From NCBI RefSeq assembly GCF_009914755.1, contig NC_060930.1: a DNA stretch of 64,000 nucleotides; one strand, written 5' to 3'. The notes under the pieces were generated by a model, which worked only from the letters and a program-made list of their open reading frames with translations, ran no database searches and was not told the DNA's origin. The number at the start of each line of letters is the position of its first letter. Within the stretch, counting starts at the first letter, position 1. Positions 26,901-42,330 of the stretch are shown here, one piece after another. A program made the position numbers and the translations under genes. This DNA is from the human T2T-CHM13v2.0 reference genome, Homo sapiens.

Positions 26901-29900
26901 GCTCCTTATCTGGCTCCTTATCTGGGGCTGGGAGGTGGAGTATGTGGCTGTACCTCATATCTGTACCTCAGGTGGTGTAACTATTGTGTGCTCATCAACA
27001 TTCTCTCTTCATTCACTCAGATTTAGCTCTGCTAGGTACTGTTACCCCTTTGTCTTTTTCCCATTCTTTTGGATTTCTTAAATGTCATCTTTCTCCTCTC
27101 CTTGTCTGCACTTTGGTCATCCCATTTGGACTTCCAAGTGAAGTCCCAAAAAGAGAAGCAACACGGACGTGGTGTTTCTGAGGTTGCAGTCAAATTTGGT
27201 AAGTTAATGGTATAGCAAGAAATGTGACCTAGACCTCTAAACTACCCGAGGATCTAGTTTCCCTAGGCTGTGGCCAAATCACGGACAATTAAATGTATTA
27301 TGCCAATATCGCACAGTCTGACTGTCTATGCACTTTATTTACATAGATTTGGTCAAATTTTAAAGATTGCGGTGTAATATCATTAATGTTGGGAGGAGGC
27401 TAGAGCGAGAGCTTTGAGCTTATTAGTGGAGTTCTTACCAAAAACTTAATTTAGAAAGTAGAACCTATTGTATTGGAAAATCTTAAGAATAAAATTATGA
27501 ACTGTAGTTCTGCATTGCATGAGAGTATGTTGAATAATGAGCTCTCAGAAACTGAGTGGTAAGAATTGATACTGGGACTTTGAACTCCAACATGGAGAGT
27601 CAATGAAAGAAACAAAATGTTCTTCTAGGTTTCTTATGACTTTGAATTTGCCTCATTTTCCATTTGGCACAGAATGAGCAGCCTATCTAGCTATGAAGTG
27701 TGCCCACATGTTTCTTAACCCTGGGACTTGATAATCCATTCCTCCAAACTATCTAAGCAGTAAATCCCCATTCTGGTTCTTTATAAGCTTATTAGCTAAT
27801 AGTTGGTGTTGGAGTATTATTTGCTTCAATTTTTAAAAAATATTGTGACATTTAAATTACCTGGTCATTGTTACAGAAGTCACTCAAGAAAACAAGTTTG
27901 TCTTGTTTTCCAAAACAATAGTAACACATTTAAATGCCAGAATCGATCAGCTGCTTCACTATAATTAAATAGTTAATGTGTATGGCTCTTGTGAGAAAAC
28001 TGTCATGTCACTGTGTTTAGAAGCCATTCTATTGAATTCAAATAAGGATAGACATACACATATCATTTAAAATAATATTCTTGGCACATAAAGAAATTAT
28101 ACATTAGTTATTTAAAGTCTATAAACACAGGAATGCAATCCTCACAAAGGGAAGACTCGATAAGGAAGAGTAATAACTGAATTGATATGACCATATAAGG
28201 AGAAAGGCAGTGAACAGATGGCTTAACCACTTTGAATCGGAATGAAAAATTTATGAGGATAATCCTAGTTGAGTAATTCCTGGTTGATTTGAGAAAGAAG
28301 AAAAAAAATAAAACAACTTGGGTTTATTATATTCCACTTTATGGTCGATAAACATTCATACACATACATACAAGTCATAGGGAAAATGATGATTATGATA
28401 ACTATGGAATGAGACAGTCACTGCCAATCACAGTCGCCTTGCACTTTCTTCCAGTAGGTACAGATGATGCCAGGCCTAGGCTTATTTTGGCAGAGTTTCT
28501 GTGCCCAGTGACTTAGTGTTAACCCATCCTAGCAGGGAAATTTTGACTGTATTTCTCATTTTCTGAATAAAAATGTGATTTGTTTCTCTACATCTTTGCC
28601 AGTAATACCAAGACAGCTACCTACCTACCTTATTCAATTTACAACCAATAAGTCTTTTTATGTTGAACTTTGTGCAACAAGTCAAAGGACATGAGTTTTA
28701 GTCCAATTTTACAACTTATTTAGTCTCTTTATATGCAGATTTAGTATAATTACTGCGCTGCTCAACTCTGCAGTGAAAATTGTGATTGATGAAGTGATCT
28801 TTGGAATGAAATCACAGGGGATCTAGTCGGCTCCATGACCCAGCCCTGTGATCTGTGGCAGGTTATTTCATCACTCTCAATAGCTTAATGTTGACAAATA
28901 AAACTGCTGACCTCCTGGGACTTCTTTGAGAATGAAGTGAGGTAAACTCTATTACACAGTTAACATTAGTGCCTTAGCTCATAAGAGGTACATATTGGTT
29001 ACATTAATATTTAAATAACTTGTAATTTATATTTTTAAAACATTTTGAGATATTTAAAACATAGAAATTTACAAAGACTAATAGAAAAAACATGTATACT
29101 CCGATATTCAGAATTAATAGCTATTCCTTTATGGTCATATTTTCTTCCAGATATTTTTAAAGAAATAAAACATTTTAGATAAAGAGAAAGTCCAAGTCCT
29201 TAATCCAATTTTCTCTCCAGAGGTGTCCACTATCATCAGTTTGGTATATACCTTTCCAGTTCATTTATAGGTACCTATATGTTCTTCTTTAACCATTATA
29301 TAACATCATCTTTTAAAATTCCCATTTTATGAGAGGTGGAGGGAATGCCCTTACTAACAATGCTGGCTTGATTATAAGTATTACTTCTTAGTTATCAAAT
29401 CAAATATTTGTTTATCCAGCTAGATATTATCACATCCATCCTTCACTACTGTAGAAACTTGTTGCAGCCTCTGGAGCGATGATTTTGACAATCCTTTAAT
29501 TTCCAGTGTCAACATTTGTGTATGAGTGTGTGTTTCTGCAAAGATGGTTACTTAAATTAAGTGTCAAAGTTTTAACGTATAAAATCTTAAAGCTGTTGCT
29601 GGGAACGCATGTCACAACATGATTTAATTATGGCAAAGCATTCTTATAACAGTGGATTTGAACCCTATTTTGTGCCTGTATGTACCCGAGAGATATAAAA
29701 GATTCCCTTTTAAGAGTCACAATGCTATTACTTTTTACTAACTGCTTAGTTAGAAAAATATTCAAAAATATTAGTAAGTGGGACTCTGCCTTTAGTTAAT
29801 TAACATTATATAGTACATTCACCTTAAGAAGTAAAATCACCACCAAATAATTAAAAATGTAAAGAATGAAATCTTTTTGATCTATGAGATCATAAGAATC

Positions 29901-30359
29901 AGCTAAATACAATATTCAATTAGGCTTCTCAGAAGTGGATTCTTTGTGAGAATAAAATGCGGAATATTAGTTCCATTGGAATTGAGTTTGGGGAATTGCC
30001 TTATTTCTGTCTTTCTATCTGTATGGAAAAGCATTCCCAACATCTGAAAAGTCACCCAATCCCAGGTTTTAAATACACCTCAGTAGTATAAAACATAATT
30101 GGTCACAGAGGTTTTGAATAGGCTGAGAATATTGAGGTGATGATGTAAGCTTTTCATTGCTGTCTTGTCTGACACATCTATGTCAGAGTCATGCCCAGTA
30201 AATAAAATGAATAGGATCAGAGATGTAGATATAAATAATAATGAAGTAATCTTCTTCCTAAAATTTTGCTTGATCACTTGCACCTTGTTGAATTTAGATA
30301 TGACTCTAGGTTTTCCAGTATTTATGAGACAGTATTTAGAATGAGATTTCACCTAATAG

Positions 30360-30799
<440 letters not shown>

Positions 30800-31105
30800 T
30801 AATTCCCTCAGCTTCTGAAAGTAATTTTTTACATCCTGCCCAATTGAAAAAAAGTGATGCAAAATGTTGGTAAATCATCACAGCCAGGAGCCAAAAAAAA
30901 AAAAAGGAACTCTCCCAAATACTGGGTGCTCCTCAGACCAAATAATGATTTAATCCATACCTATTAAAATTTTGGGTCAAGCATCCCACATATCCAAGGA
31001 AGTTTCCATTCTACTATTTTACAAATCATTCAATTTTGAAGGACTATATCTCTGCTATTCACAGGCATTCATCTTTCTCTCAACAGGTAATATGTAGCTG
31101 CAGGT

Positions 31106-32047
31106 GTGGAAAACGATAATACAAGTTCTTTCGAAGGCTTCATCCTGGTGGGCTTCTCTGATCGTCCCCACCTAGAGCTGATCGTCTTTGTGGTTGTCCT
31201 CATCTTTTATCTGCTGACTCTTCTTGGCAACATGACCATTGTCTTGCTTTCAGCTCTGGATTCCCGGCTGCACACACCAATGTATTTCTTTTTGGCAAAC
31301 CTCTCATTCCTGGACATGTGTTTCACCACAGGTTCCATCCCTCAGATGCTCTACAACCTTTGGGGTCCAGATAAGACCATCAGCTATGTGGGTTGTGCCA
31401 TCCAGCTGTACTTTGTCCTGGCCCTGGGAGGGGTGGAGTGTGTCCTCCTGGCTGTCATGGCATATGACCGCTATGCTGCAGTCTGCAAACCCCTGCACTA
31501 CACCATCATCATGCACCCACGTCTCTGTGGACAGCTGGCTTCAGTGGCATGGCTGAGTGGCTTTGGCAATTCTCTCATAATGGCACCCCAGACATTGATG
31601 CTACCCCGCTGTGGGCACAGACGAGTTGACCACTTTCTCTGTGAGATGCCAGCACTAATTGGTATGGCCTGTGTAGACACCATGATGCTTGAGGCACTGG
31701 CTTTTGCCCTGGCAATCTTTATCATCCTGGCACCACTCATCCTCATTCTCATTTCTTATGGTTACGTTGGAGGAACAGTGCTTAGGATCAAGTCAGCTGC
31801 TGGGCGAAAGAAAGCCTTCAACACTTGCAGCTCGCATCTAATTGTTGTCTCTCTCTTCTATGGTACAATCATATACATGTACCTCCAGCCAGCAAATACT
31901 TATTCCCAGGACCAGGGCAAGTTTCTTACCCTTTTCTACACAATTGTCACTCCCAGTGTTAACCCCCTGATCTATACACTAAGAAACAAAGATGTTAAAG
32001 AGGCCATGAAGAAGGTGCTAGGGAAGGGGAGTGCAGAAATATAGTAA
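31106..32047 (+). pseudogene. OR2W6P: Olfactory receptor family 2W; open 7TM frame but the first codon is GTG
   Basis: [44 protein letters not shown]; 31106-31108 reads GTG; in-frame TAA at 31088-31090; stop TAG ends at 32044 and is followed by TAA. Confidence 0.88.
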
Positions 32048-32196
32048 GGGGTGATTAAACTTTGGGATTGTATTTTGACCCATCTTCTATATATGTTGTT
32101 AGACCTAGCAAATATAGGAATGTTTTGGCATTGCAGGCTGAAGAGGCATTTAATGAGATGGGGGAATTCAATGGTTTAGCTAGGTCAAGAAAATAG

Positions 32197-32469
32197 GGGC
32201 TAGGAGCAGTGGCTCCTGCCTGTAATCCCAGCACTTTGGGAGGTGGGAGTATTGCTTGAGTCCAGGAGTTTGAGACTAGCCTGAGCAACATAGTGAGACC
32301 CCCATCTGTACGAAAAATTTAAAAAGTTAGCCAGGCATGGTGGTGCATGCCTACAGTCCCAGCTACTCAGAAGGCTGAGGTGGGAGGATTGCTTGAGCCT
32401 GGGAATTTGAAGCTACAGTGAGCCGTGTTTGTGCCACTGCACTCAGTCTGGGTGACAGAGCAAGACCCT

Positions 32470-32473
<4 letters not shown>
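32197..32473 (+). mobile_element. AluJ
   Basis: J-type features (attgcttgagtccaggagtttgag, gaggattgcttgagcctggg). Confidence 0.85.
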
Positions 32474-32514
<41 letters not shown>

Positions 32515-32521
32515 AAGAGGA

Positions 32522-32569
<48 letters not shown>

Positions 32570-32590
32570 GGAAAGAAAGAAAGAAAGCAA
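32473..32590. repeat. (AG)n + (GAAA)n polypurine microsatellite derived from the Alu tail
   Basis: Direct reading. Confidence 0.95.
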
Positions 32591-34902
32591 GAGTGTAAAA
32601 AATGTAATATTCCTCCTGAGTTGACAATCACTTGTATTCCTTTCAAGTCCTTCTAAATCAAGCATTCATCACCAGAAGCCTCCAAAATATTGTTCGTGAA
32701 TGTAGACACTAGGCATTTTTGTTCTCATACCAGTTTCTATCACAGTTATTTAATAGGTCCTCAACGATGTATGAAAAGAAAGATCTTAGAAGGACTTAGT
32801 AGGTCCTCAGCAATATATGAAACGAAAGATCTTCGAAGTCTTGCTGAAGAAGCACTTATTTTTTTCTAGAAAGTTCAAATATGCTTTTATAGTGCCAAAT
32901 GCTTGAATGAGAGCCAAAATAAATTGTTTAATTATCCAGCTTTAGTATATCCAACACCATAATCAACCGTGGATTCTGCACATTTTGAATCATTTATATA
33001 ATTGAGCTTAATGACATTCATGTTTGATTTTCTGAGATGATAGAGAATCAAGAAGAAAGGAGATAAAGCAAGACCATGAGGTGTTTGCTTTATGTGGAAG
33101 GAAGAATTTCTTGTTACTACTCAATCCTTGTTATTACTTGTTAATGGCAAAAGAAAGCTAAGGAGTCTTTTTGATTAAAATGTTTGAAGATAATTCCGTC
33201 TCCACTTTTCCCATATGTTATCAGGATAACCTTGAATAGAGGCAGAGAGAAATGAGATTAATTCTGGGGGACTGTTAGAATCTTTATGATTGGGTTATTC
33301 CCCAAGTGTTGATTTCTTCACATTTACATTAATGATAGCAGTACCTCAATAGTCATCAGGGAAATTGATTTGAATGGTTCGTGTCAAATAATGGATGTCC
33401 ACCTTAAAGGTAAGTATGTTTCTTCAGATCTGACATATCATTTGAATCAATCTTATCTCAAAACTTGGGAAAACATCTATTATGTTAAAATTTCTGCAAA
33501 TGAATAAGGGATTCCAAAATTTGGGAGTATTGCCAGCAGCATCATTAGGAACTGGATACAAAATGGGTCTAGCAATTTCTCATTTAAACTCCCTCAAAAA
33601 TTTTAAGAAAGGTCAGGTTAATCTAGAAGCCTTAGAAAATGTACCACATAGCTAATGTATTTTCCTCAAAATATGTAACTGTCAGATATAATGTGCATAT
33701 TTACCACTTTTTGAGCCCTAACTCTTATATTTTATCTGGTGGATTACATTATATTTTATTTAGATTAGTTAGGGTTTATGAGAACGGGGTTTTGGTTTGA
33801 TTTGGATTGTGGAAGATATTCTGTTATTTCCATAAAAAGGCAGAAAAATTAGAATATGTTTGATTTTTCCTACTTTATTACACGGAGTGAAATATGATAT
33901 TTGTCCATGATAATGTTTATCAAAGGGATCAATTCAGCCAACAGAATTTGGAGACCCACAGCTTAGCATTTTCCATCTCTTCTACTAGAAAACAATTTAT
34001 GTGTCTTACTAGCATGTATATACTATACATTTCTAAATAAATAAAAATCCTTTTAGAATCATTCTCTAAAAACAATGATTACATTAATTTTTTATAATCT
34101 CCATACTGTTTAGACATGCATTACTTTAGAATTAATAGGTAGGACAGAAGATTAAAAAAACAGTATAAATCTCAAAAATACATTGATTTTGGAAGCACCC
34201 TGTGGAATTTCTGACTCATTTTCTTCAAAATTTTATTTTTTCTCCACAAGCTTTATGTTAATTACACTCTCCTCTAAAAAACTTAGAACCATTATTATAG
34301 GTTTTAGGGAATAATGAGTGTCAGGTCTCAGGGGAAAATGTCACTATGTCCTTAATAACATCCTCATGGCCCAGCATCACCTTTTACTTAATTTGTAGGA
34401 TAGTTTATAAAGTTGATATAGTTTACTTAGGCATAAAGTGGGATGAATCAAATATATTCTAATAGTTCTGCCTTCTCATGGGAATCACATAATACTGCCC
34501 ATAATTTAAAAAAGTATCAGAAACATTTCATTTTTATTCTCTACAGGTTCTTCCTTTTGCTAATCTATGACTCATTCTTACAGTCTGGTCTTTTACAGAG
34601 ACAGAGCAGATGGAGGTTCAGATAGAAGAGCATCAGGATCCTACTCACTGTGCACAATTGCATATCTCTTAGCCATGGTGCTGAAAGTAACTCCAGGAGA
34701 AATAAATATTACATACATGCCTCTGTGCGTGTTTTTCTACTCACTGTGATTTTAAATTATGATCTATAAGAGGACAGCTCAATAAGTGCCTATTAATCAG
34801 ATTAGCACATCACTTTCCATCTTGTTGTCTTGATGGGTAGTACAACAGCCATGAAGACAACTTTCACCTATTTCATATTTTGTCCATTTTCAAGGTTTTC
34901 TT

Positions 34903-35410
34903 CCTCATTTATCCATTCAGCAAATATATATTAAGCACCTACTACGCCCCAGGCATTGTTCTAGGTACTGGAACAAAATACACAAAAATACACACCCACA
35001 AAAAAATCATCATAGCATTGAGTTTGCATTCTAGTGGAGAAGAAAGAAAACTGACAAATAAGAGAAACATGATAGTAATACCTTTGTAAGTGTTATGACG
35101 ATAAGTATAACAGGGAAGGGTGGAAGGAATTACAGAAGGGCTGCAATTTCAAATGGAGGAAGTCAGGGAAGACCTTAGAAAGTATGTTCAAGCAAAGACC
35201 TGATGGAGATAAGAAAGCACATCTGTGGGAGAGTGATCCCAGCAAAGGAAGTAGCGAGCACAGTATTTTTTATCTCAGGAAAATGAAGAAGAACCAGAGA
35301 AAGGGGTTGAGTGAGCAGGAGGAAGATCAAGACCAGGTGTATCCTGAAAGAGCAGAAAGTGTTTCCAGAAGGAAGGAGTGATCAACTGTCTAATATGTGA
35401 CTGGTAGGTC
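34903..35410 (-). mobile_element. L2 3' fragment
   Basis: catttatccattcagcaaatatatattaagcacctactacgccccaggcattgttctaggtactgg. Confidence 0.7.
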
Positions 35411-35839
35411 AATTGAGATTAGAAGTTTCATGCTGTAAATGGGAATCATGTATATGCAATTCCTAGGAGAAAGATTTGTAAAGCCCCCTTCACATGATGT
35501 GTGATTTCATAAGCTCCTCCTAGTTAATTCCACTCCTATCATCATAATACACTCCATCCAATAATAAGCAGTCAGGCCTGGTATCGGAAGTCAATATCTT
35601 AAGTTTGTCCTCAGGGTTTTTCACTAGTTACCTTATGGTCTCCACCTGACCCTTTGGTGTGGTATTGCATGCAGCTCCAGCCTATCAACACTCAGAGAGT
35701 TCTCACCTGGAGCCAGGCATACAGAGTCTAAGGAAAAATCACGCTGCTCCAAGCCACTCTGCCTTCCCCCAAATCTGATATATATATGTCAAAAATAAAG
35801 TTAGCTTTGAGGTTATATAGATCCGCAGAGAGAAGGGCC

Positions 35840-36050
35840 AAGTGTTTAAGAACATGGGCTTCCTTGAATAATTGGAATTCCATCTCTACTTTAGATTTAA
35901 CTTCTCCATACTTCAGTTTCTTCATTTAAAAATGTGAATAATAATATTGCCATTCTCCAAGGGCTATTTTGATGTTTAAATGAGTTAATACATGAAAGCA
36001 TTTAGAATGGTTCCTGGCATGTTGTAAGCACAATGTACATGTTTATAGTG
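35840..36050. mobile_element. MIR
   Basis: cttcagtttcttcatttaaaaatgtgaataata...aaatgagttaatacatgaaagcatttagaatggttcctggcat. Confidence 0.7.
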
Positions 36051-36089
36051 TTGTCACAATATATAAAACATGGTAGAGATAAAGACCGT

Positions 36090-36900
36090 TAGAACAGTAT
36101 TAGCCTGAAATAAGTTGATAATAAGTTCAGATGGAAAAACAAAAAATGAAAGAATAGCTAAGAAGACACTGAAAAGTAAAAACCATGAAGGAGCACCGGC
36201 CCTTCCAAACATTATCATGAAGCTCTATAGTTAAAATAACGTGGTACTAGTGCGTGACTACACCAGTGGAATAGAATAAAAAGCCCAGAATTAGATCCAA
36301 ATATATATGGCAATTCAGTATATGACAAAGATGGTATCTGAAATAACTAGGTAAAAATAGAATTATTTTTATTGGTGCAGGATCATCTAGATCATCATTA
36401 AAAAACATAAGATCCTTTCCTTACACCCAATACAAGAATAAACCCCAGATGAATTGGGGATCTAGATAAAATTGAAAACATAAAAGTATCAAAAGGAAAT
36501 GGATGAATTCCCCTTGATGATTGGCTAATTTGTCTACACATTTAAAAAGTGGCAAAAATATTGTAAATGAAGTCAAAATGCAACTGACAAAAATAGGAGA
36601 AAATATTCACAATGTCTAGCACAAAGGGCTAATATCTCTAATATGTAAAGAACCATTGAAGGAAGAAGAGCCAAATATCAAATAGAAAAATGGAGAAGTG
36701 AAGCAATCAACAAACCAGACAAAAAATTATTCTCACCATATGAAAAAATTTAAATGCATGTATAATTAGACAGGCACAAATTAAAACAATATTGAGATAC
36801 AATTTCTCACTTATTAGACTGGCATTAAAAATATTAGCATGTTCTTTTAGTGAAGCTCTGTGGAAACAGGAGTTCTCATGGCCAGCAAGAGCTGAACTGA
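36090..36900 (+). mobile_element. Old L1M ORF2 fragment
   Basis: Degenerate ORF2-like sequence (gtggaatagaataaaaagcccagaa, aatattgagatacaatttctcac). Confidence 0.6.
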
Positions 36901-36940
36901 GCTGCCAGTTGTGGGAGAAGTCAATTAAAACAACAGCCAA

Positions 36941-37798
36941 GGAGGAGGAGCCAAGATGGCCGAATAGGAACAGCTCGGGTCTACAGCTCCCAGCGTGAGC
37001 GACACAGAAGACAGGTGATTTCTGCATTTCCATCTGAGCTTTGAAGAGAGCAGTGGTTCTCCCACCACGCAGCTGGAGATCTGAGAACGGGCAGACTGCC
37101 TCCTCAAGTGGTTCCCTGACACCTGACCCCAGAGCAGCCTAACTGGGAGGCACCCCCCCAGCAGGGGCACACTGACACCTCACAAGGCAGGGTATTCCAA
37201 CAGACCTGCAGCTGAGGGCCCTGTCTCTTAGAAGGAAAACTAACAAACAGAAAGGACATCCACACCAAAAACCCATCTGTACATCACCATCATCAAAGAC
37301 CAAAAGTAGATAAAACCACAAAGATGGGGAAAAAACAGAACAGAAAAACTGGAAACTCTAAAAAGCAGAGCGCCTCTCCTCCTCCAAAGGAACGCAGTTC
37401 CTCACCAGGAACGGAACAAAGCTGGAGGGAGAATGACTTTGACTAGCTGAGAGAAGAAGGCTTCAAACGATCAAATTACTCTGAACTACGGGAGGACATT
37501 CAAACCAAAGGCAAAGAAGTTGAAAACTTTGAAAAAAATTTAGAAGAATGTATAACTAGAATAACCAATACAGAGAAGTGCTTAAAGGAGCTGATGGAGC
37601 TGAAAACCAAGGCTTGAGAACTACGTGAAGAATGCAGAAGCCTCAGGAGCCGATGCGATCAACTGGAAGAAAGGGTATCAGCAATGGAAGATGAAATGAA
37701 TGAAATGAAGTGAGAAGGGAAGTTTAGAGAAAAAAGAATGAAAAGAAATGAGCAAAGCCTCCAAGAAATATGGGACTATGTGAAAAGACCAAATCTAC

Positions 37799-37803
<5 letters not shown>
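36941..37803 (+). mobile_element. Young L1PA2/3 5' end: spliced 5'UTR plus start of ORF1 (ATG 37324, later stops)
   Basis: ggaggagccaagatggccgaatagg start; junction catctgag|ctttgaagag at 37038/37039; ORF1 begins MGKKQNRKTGNSKKQSASPP. Confidence 0.92.
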
Positions 37804-41035
<3,232 letters not shown>

Positions 41036-41147
41036 ATGCAATGCTGGTCATAGGATCCTGGACTTTGAGCATGATGCCATGATTGGACAGACTTTTAGGG
41101 ATCTTGGAAAGAAGTAAGCATATTTCTTATATGAAAAGATTGTTAAC

Positions 41148-41632
41148 TATGATAGATTGATTATAAAAATATTTCTAATTCTATAGCCCTCTCTGTGTTT
41201 ATGCCACTTACAATGTAACTTTGTAGCATCTCCCATCAAGAAGTAAAGTCTATTCCCTGAGCCCTTGAATCTGAATTGTTTTGTGACTTCTTTGGTCCAC
41301 AGAATATGCCAGAGGCTTTGCCTGCTTCCAACTCTCTTTCATGCTTCTCCAATTTTATCTTGAGAACATGCTCAGGATAGCAAAGTGAAAAATGACATAC
41401 ACTGAGTAGAGCTATTTTAGCCCAGTTTTCTTTCTCAACTGATGCTTCAGCCAAGGCTAGTAAAATTATTGTGCCAAACTGTATTGTCCACAGACACATG
41501 AATGAGACCTGAGGAGCTGAACCACTCAGCTAAACCAGGGACTTCTAAGCAAAAATAAGTATTTTTGGATGTCCCAGGGATTTTGTGGTTATTTCTTCCA
41601 TAGTATTATATTGAAAATAGATAGCAGATACA
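41148..41632 (+). mobile_element. MLT1F-like LTR
   Basis: ctcccatcaagaagtaaagtctattccc...cccttgaatctg...gtgacttctttgg. Confidence 0.6.
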
Positions 41633-41649
41633 ATTTATGACTCCTTTTG

Positions 41650-42330
41650 TAGGGCCACCATAATTTAAATACCAAATCTGATAAGGACATTGCAAGAAAG
41701 GAAAACTAGGGACCAATCTCTTGTGAGCCTAGATGTAAAAATCCTAAACAATTTTGTTAACCAATTTTATCTAGTGTTATACAAGAAGTATAGCATATTG
41801 CACTCGTGTTGTTTATCGCAGGATAGAGTGGTGTAACATCTGAAAATCATTTCGTACTATTTATCAATTTTTTAAAAAAATTTGGCAAATCTCTACAGAT
41901 TTGGACAAAGCATTTGATAAAATCAAACCCCTATTTAAATCTTAGCAAACTAGGAATACAGTGAAAACTCACTTAAGCTGATGAAGAATACTTACAAGAA
42001 ACCTGCAGCAGACATCATACACAACTATAAGGTATTGAATGAGACACAGAGGCCCACAATCATCACTTCTTTTTGGCATTATACTGATGGTCCTAGCTTG
42101 TGTAATAAGACAAGAAAAATAAATAAAATACACTAGAAATGGAAAGAAGTATAATTATCATTTTTTTCCCAATGACATGATTGTGTGTGTTCAAATGCAA
42201 AAGAGTCTACAAAGAAACTATTAGACTAATTAAATGCGTTCATGAAGGTCACTGGAAAACAGATCAATGCACAAAAATCAATTGTATCTATACATATCAG
42301 CAACAGATAAATAGTAAAATGAAATGGGGA
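41650..42330 (+). mobile_element. Old L1M ORF2 fragment
   Basis: aataccaaatctgataaggacattgcaagaaaggaaaact; aaagcatttgataaaatcaa. Confidence 0.6.

Noticed and set aside
31239-31752. Overlapping and antisense ORFs within OR2W6P (similar ones within OR2B2 and OR2B6)
   Set aside because: Expected shadow frames of OR coding sequence.
32367-32665. Low-complexity ORFs (RERERE/LSLSLS)
   Set aside because: Translations of microsatellite sequence.
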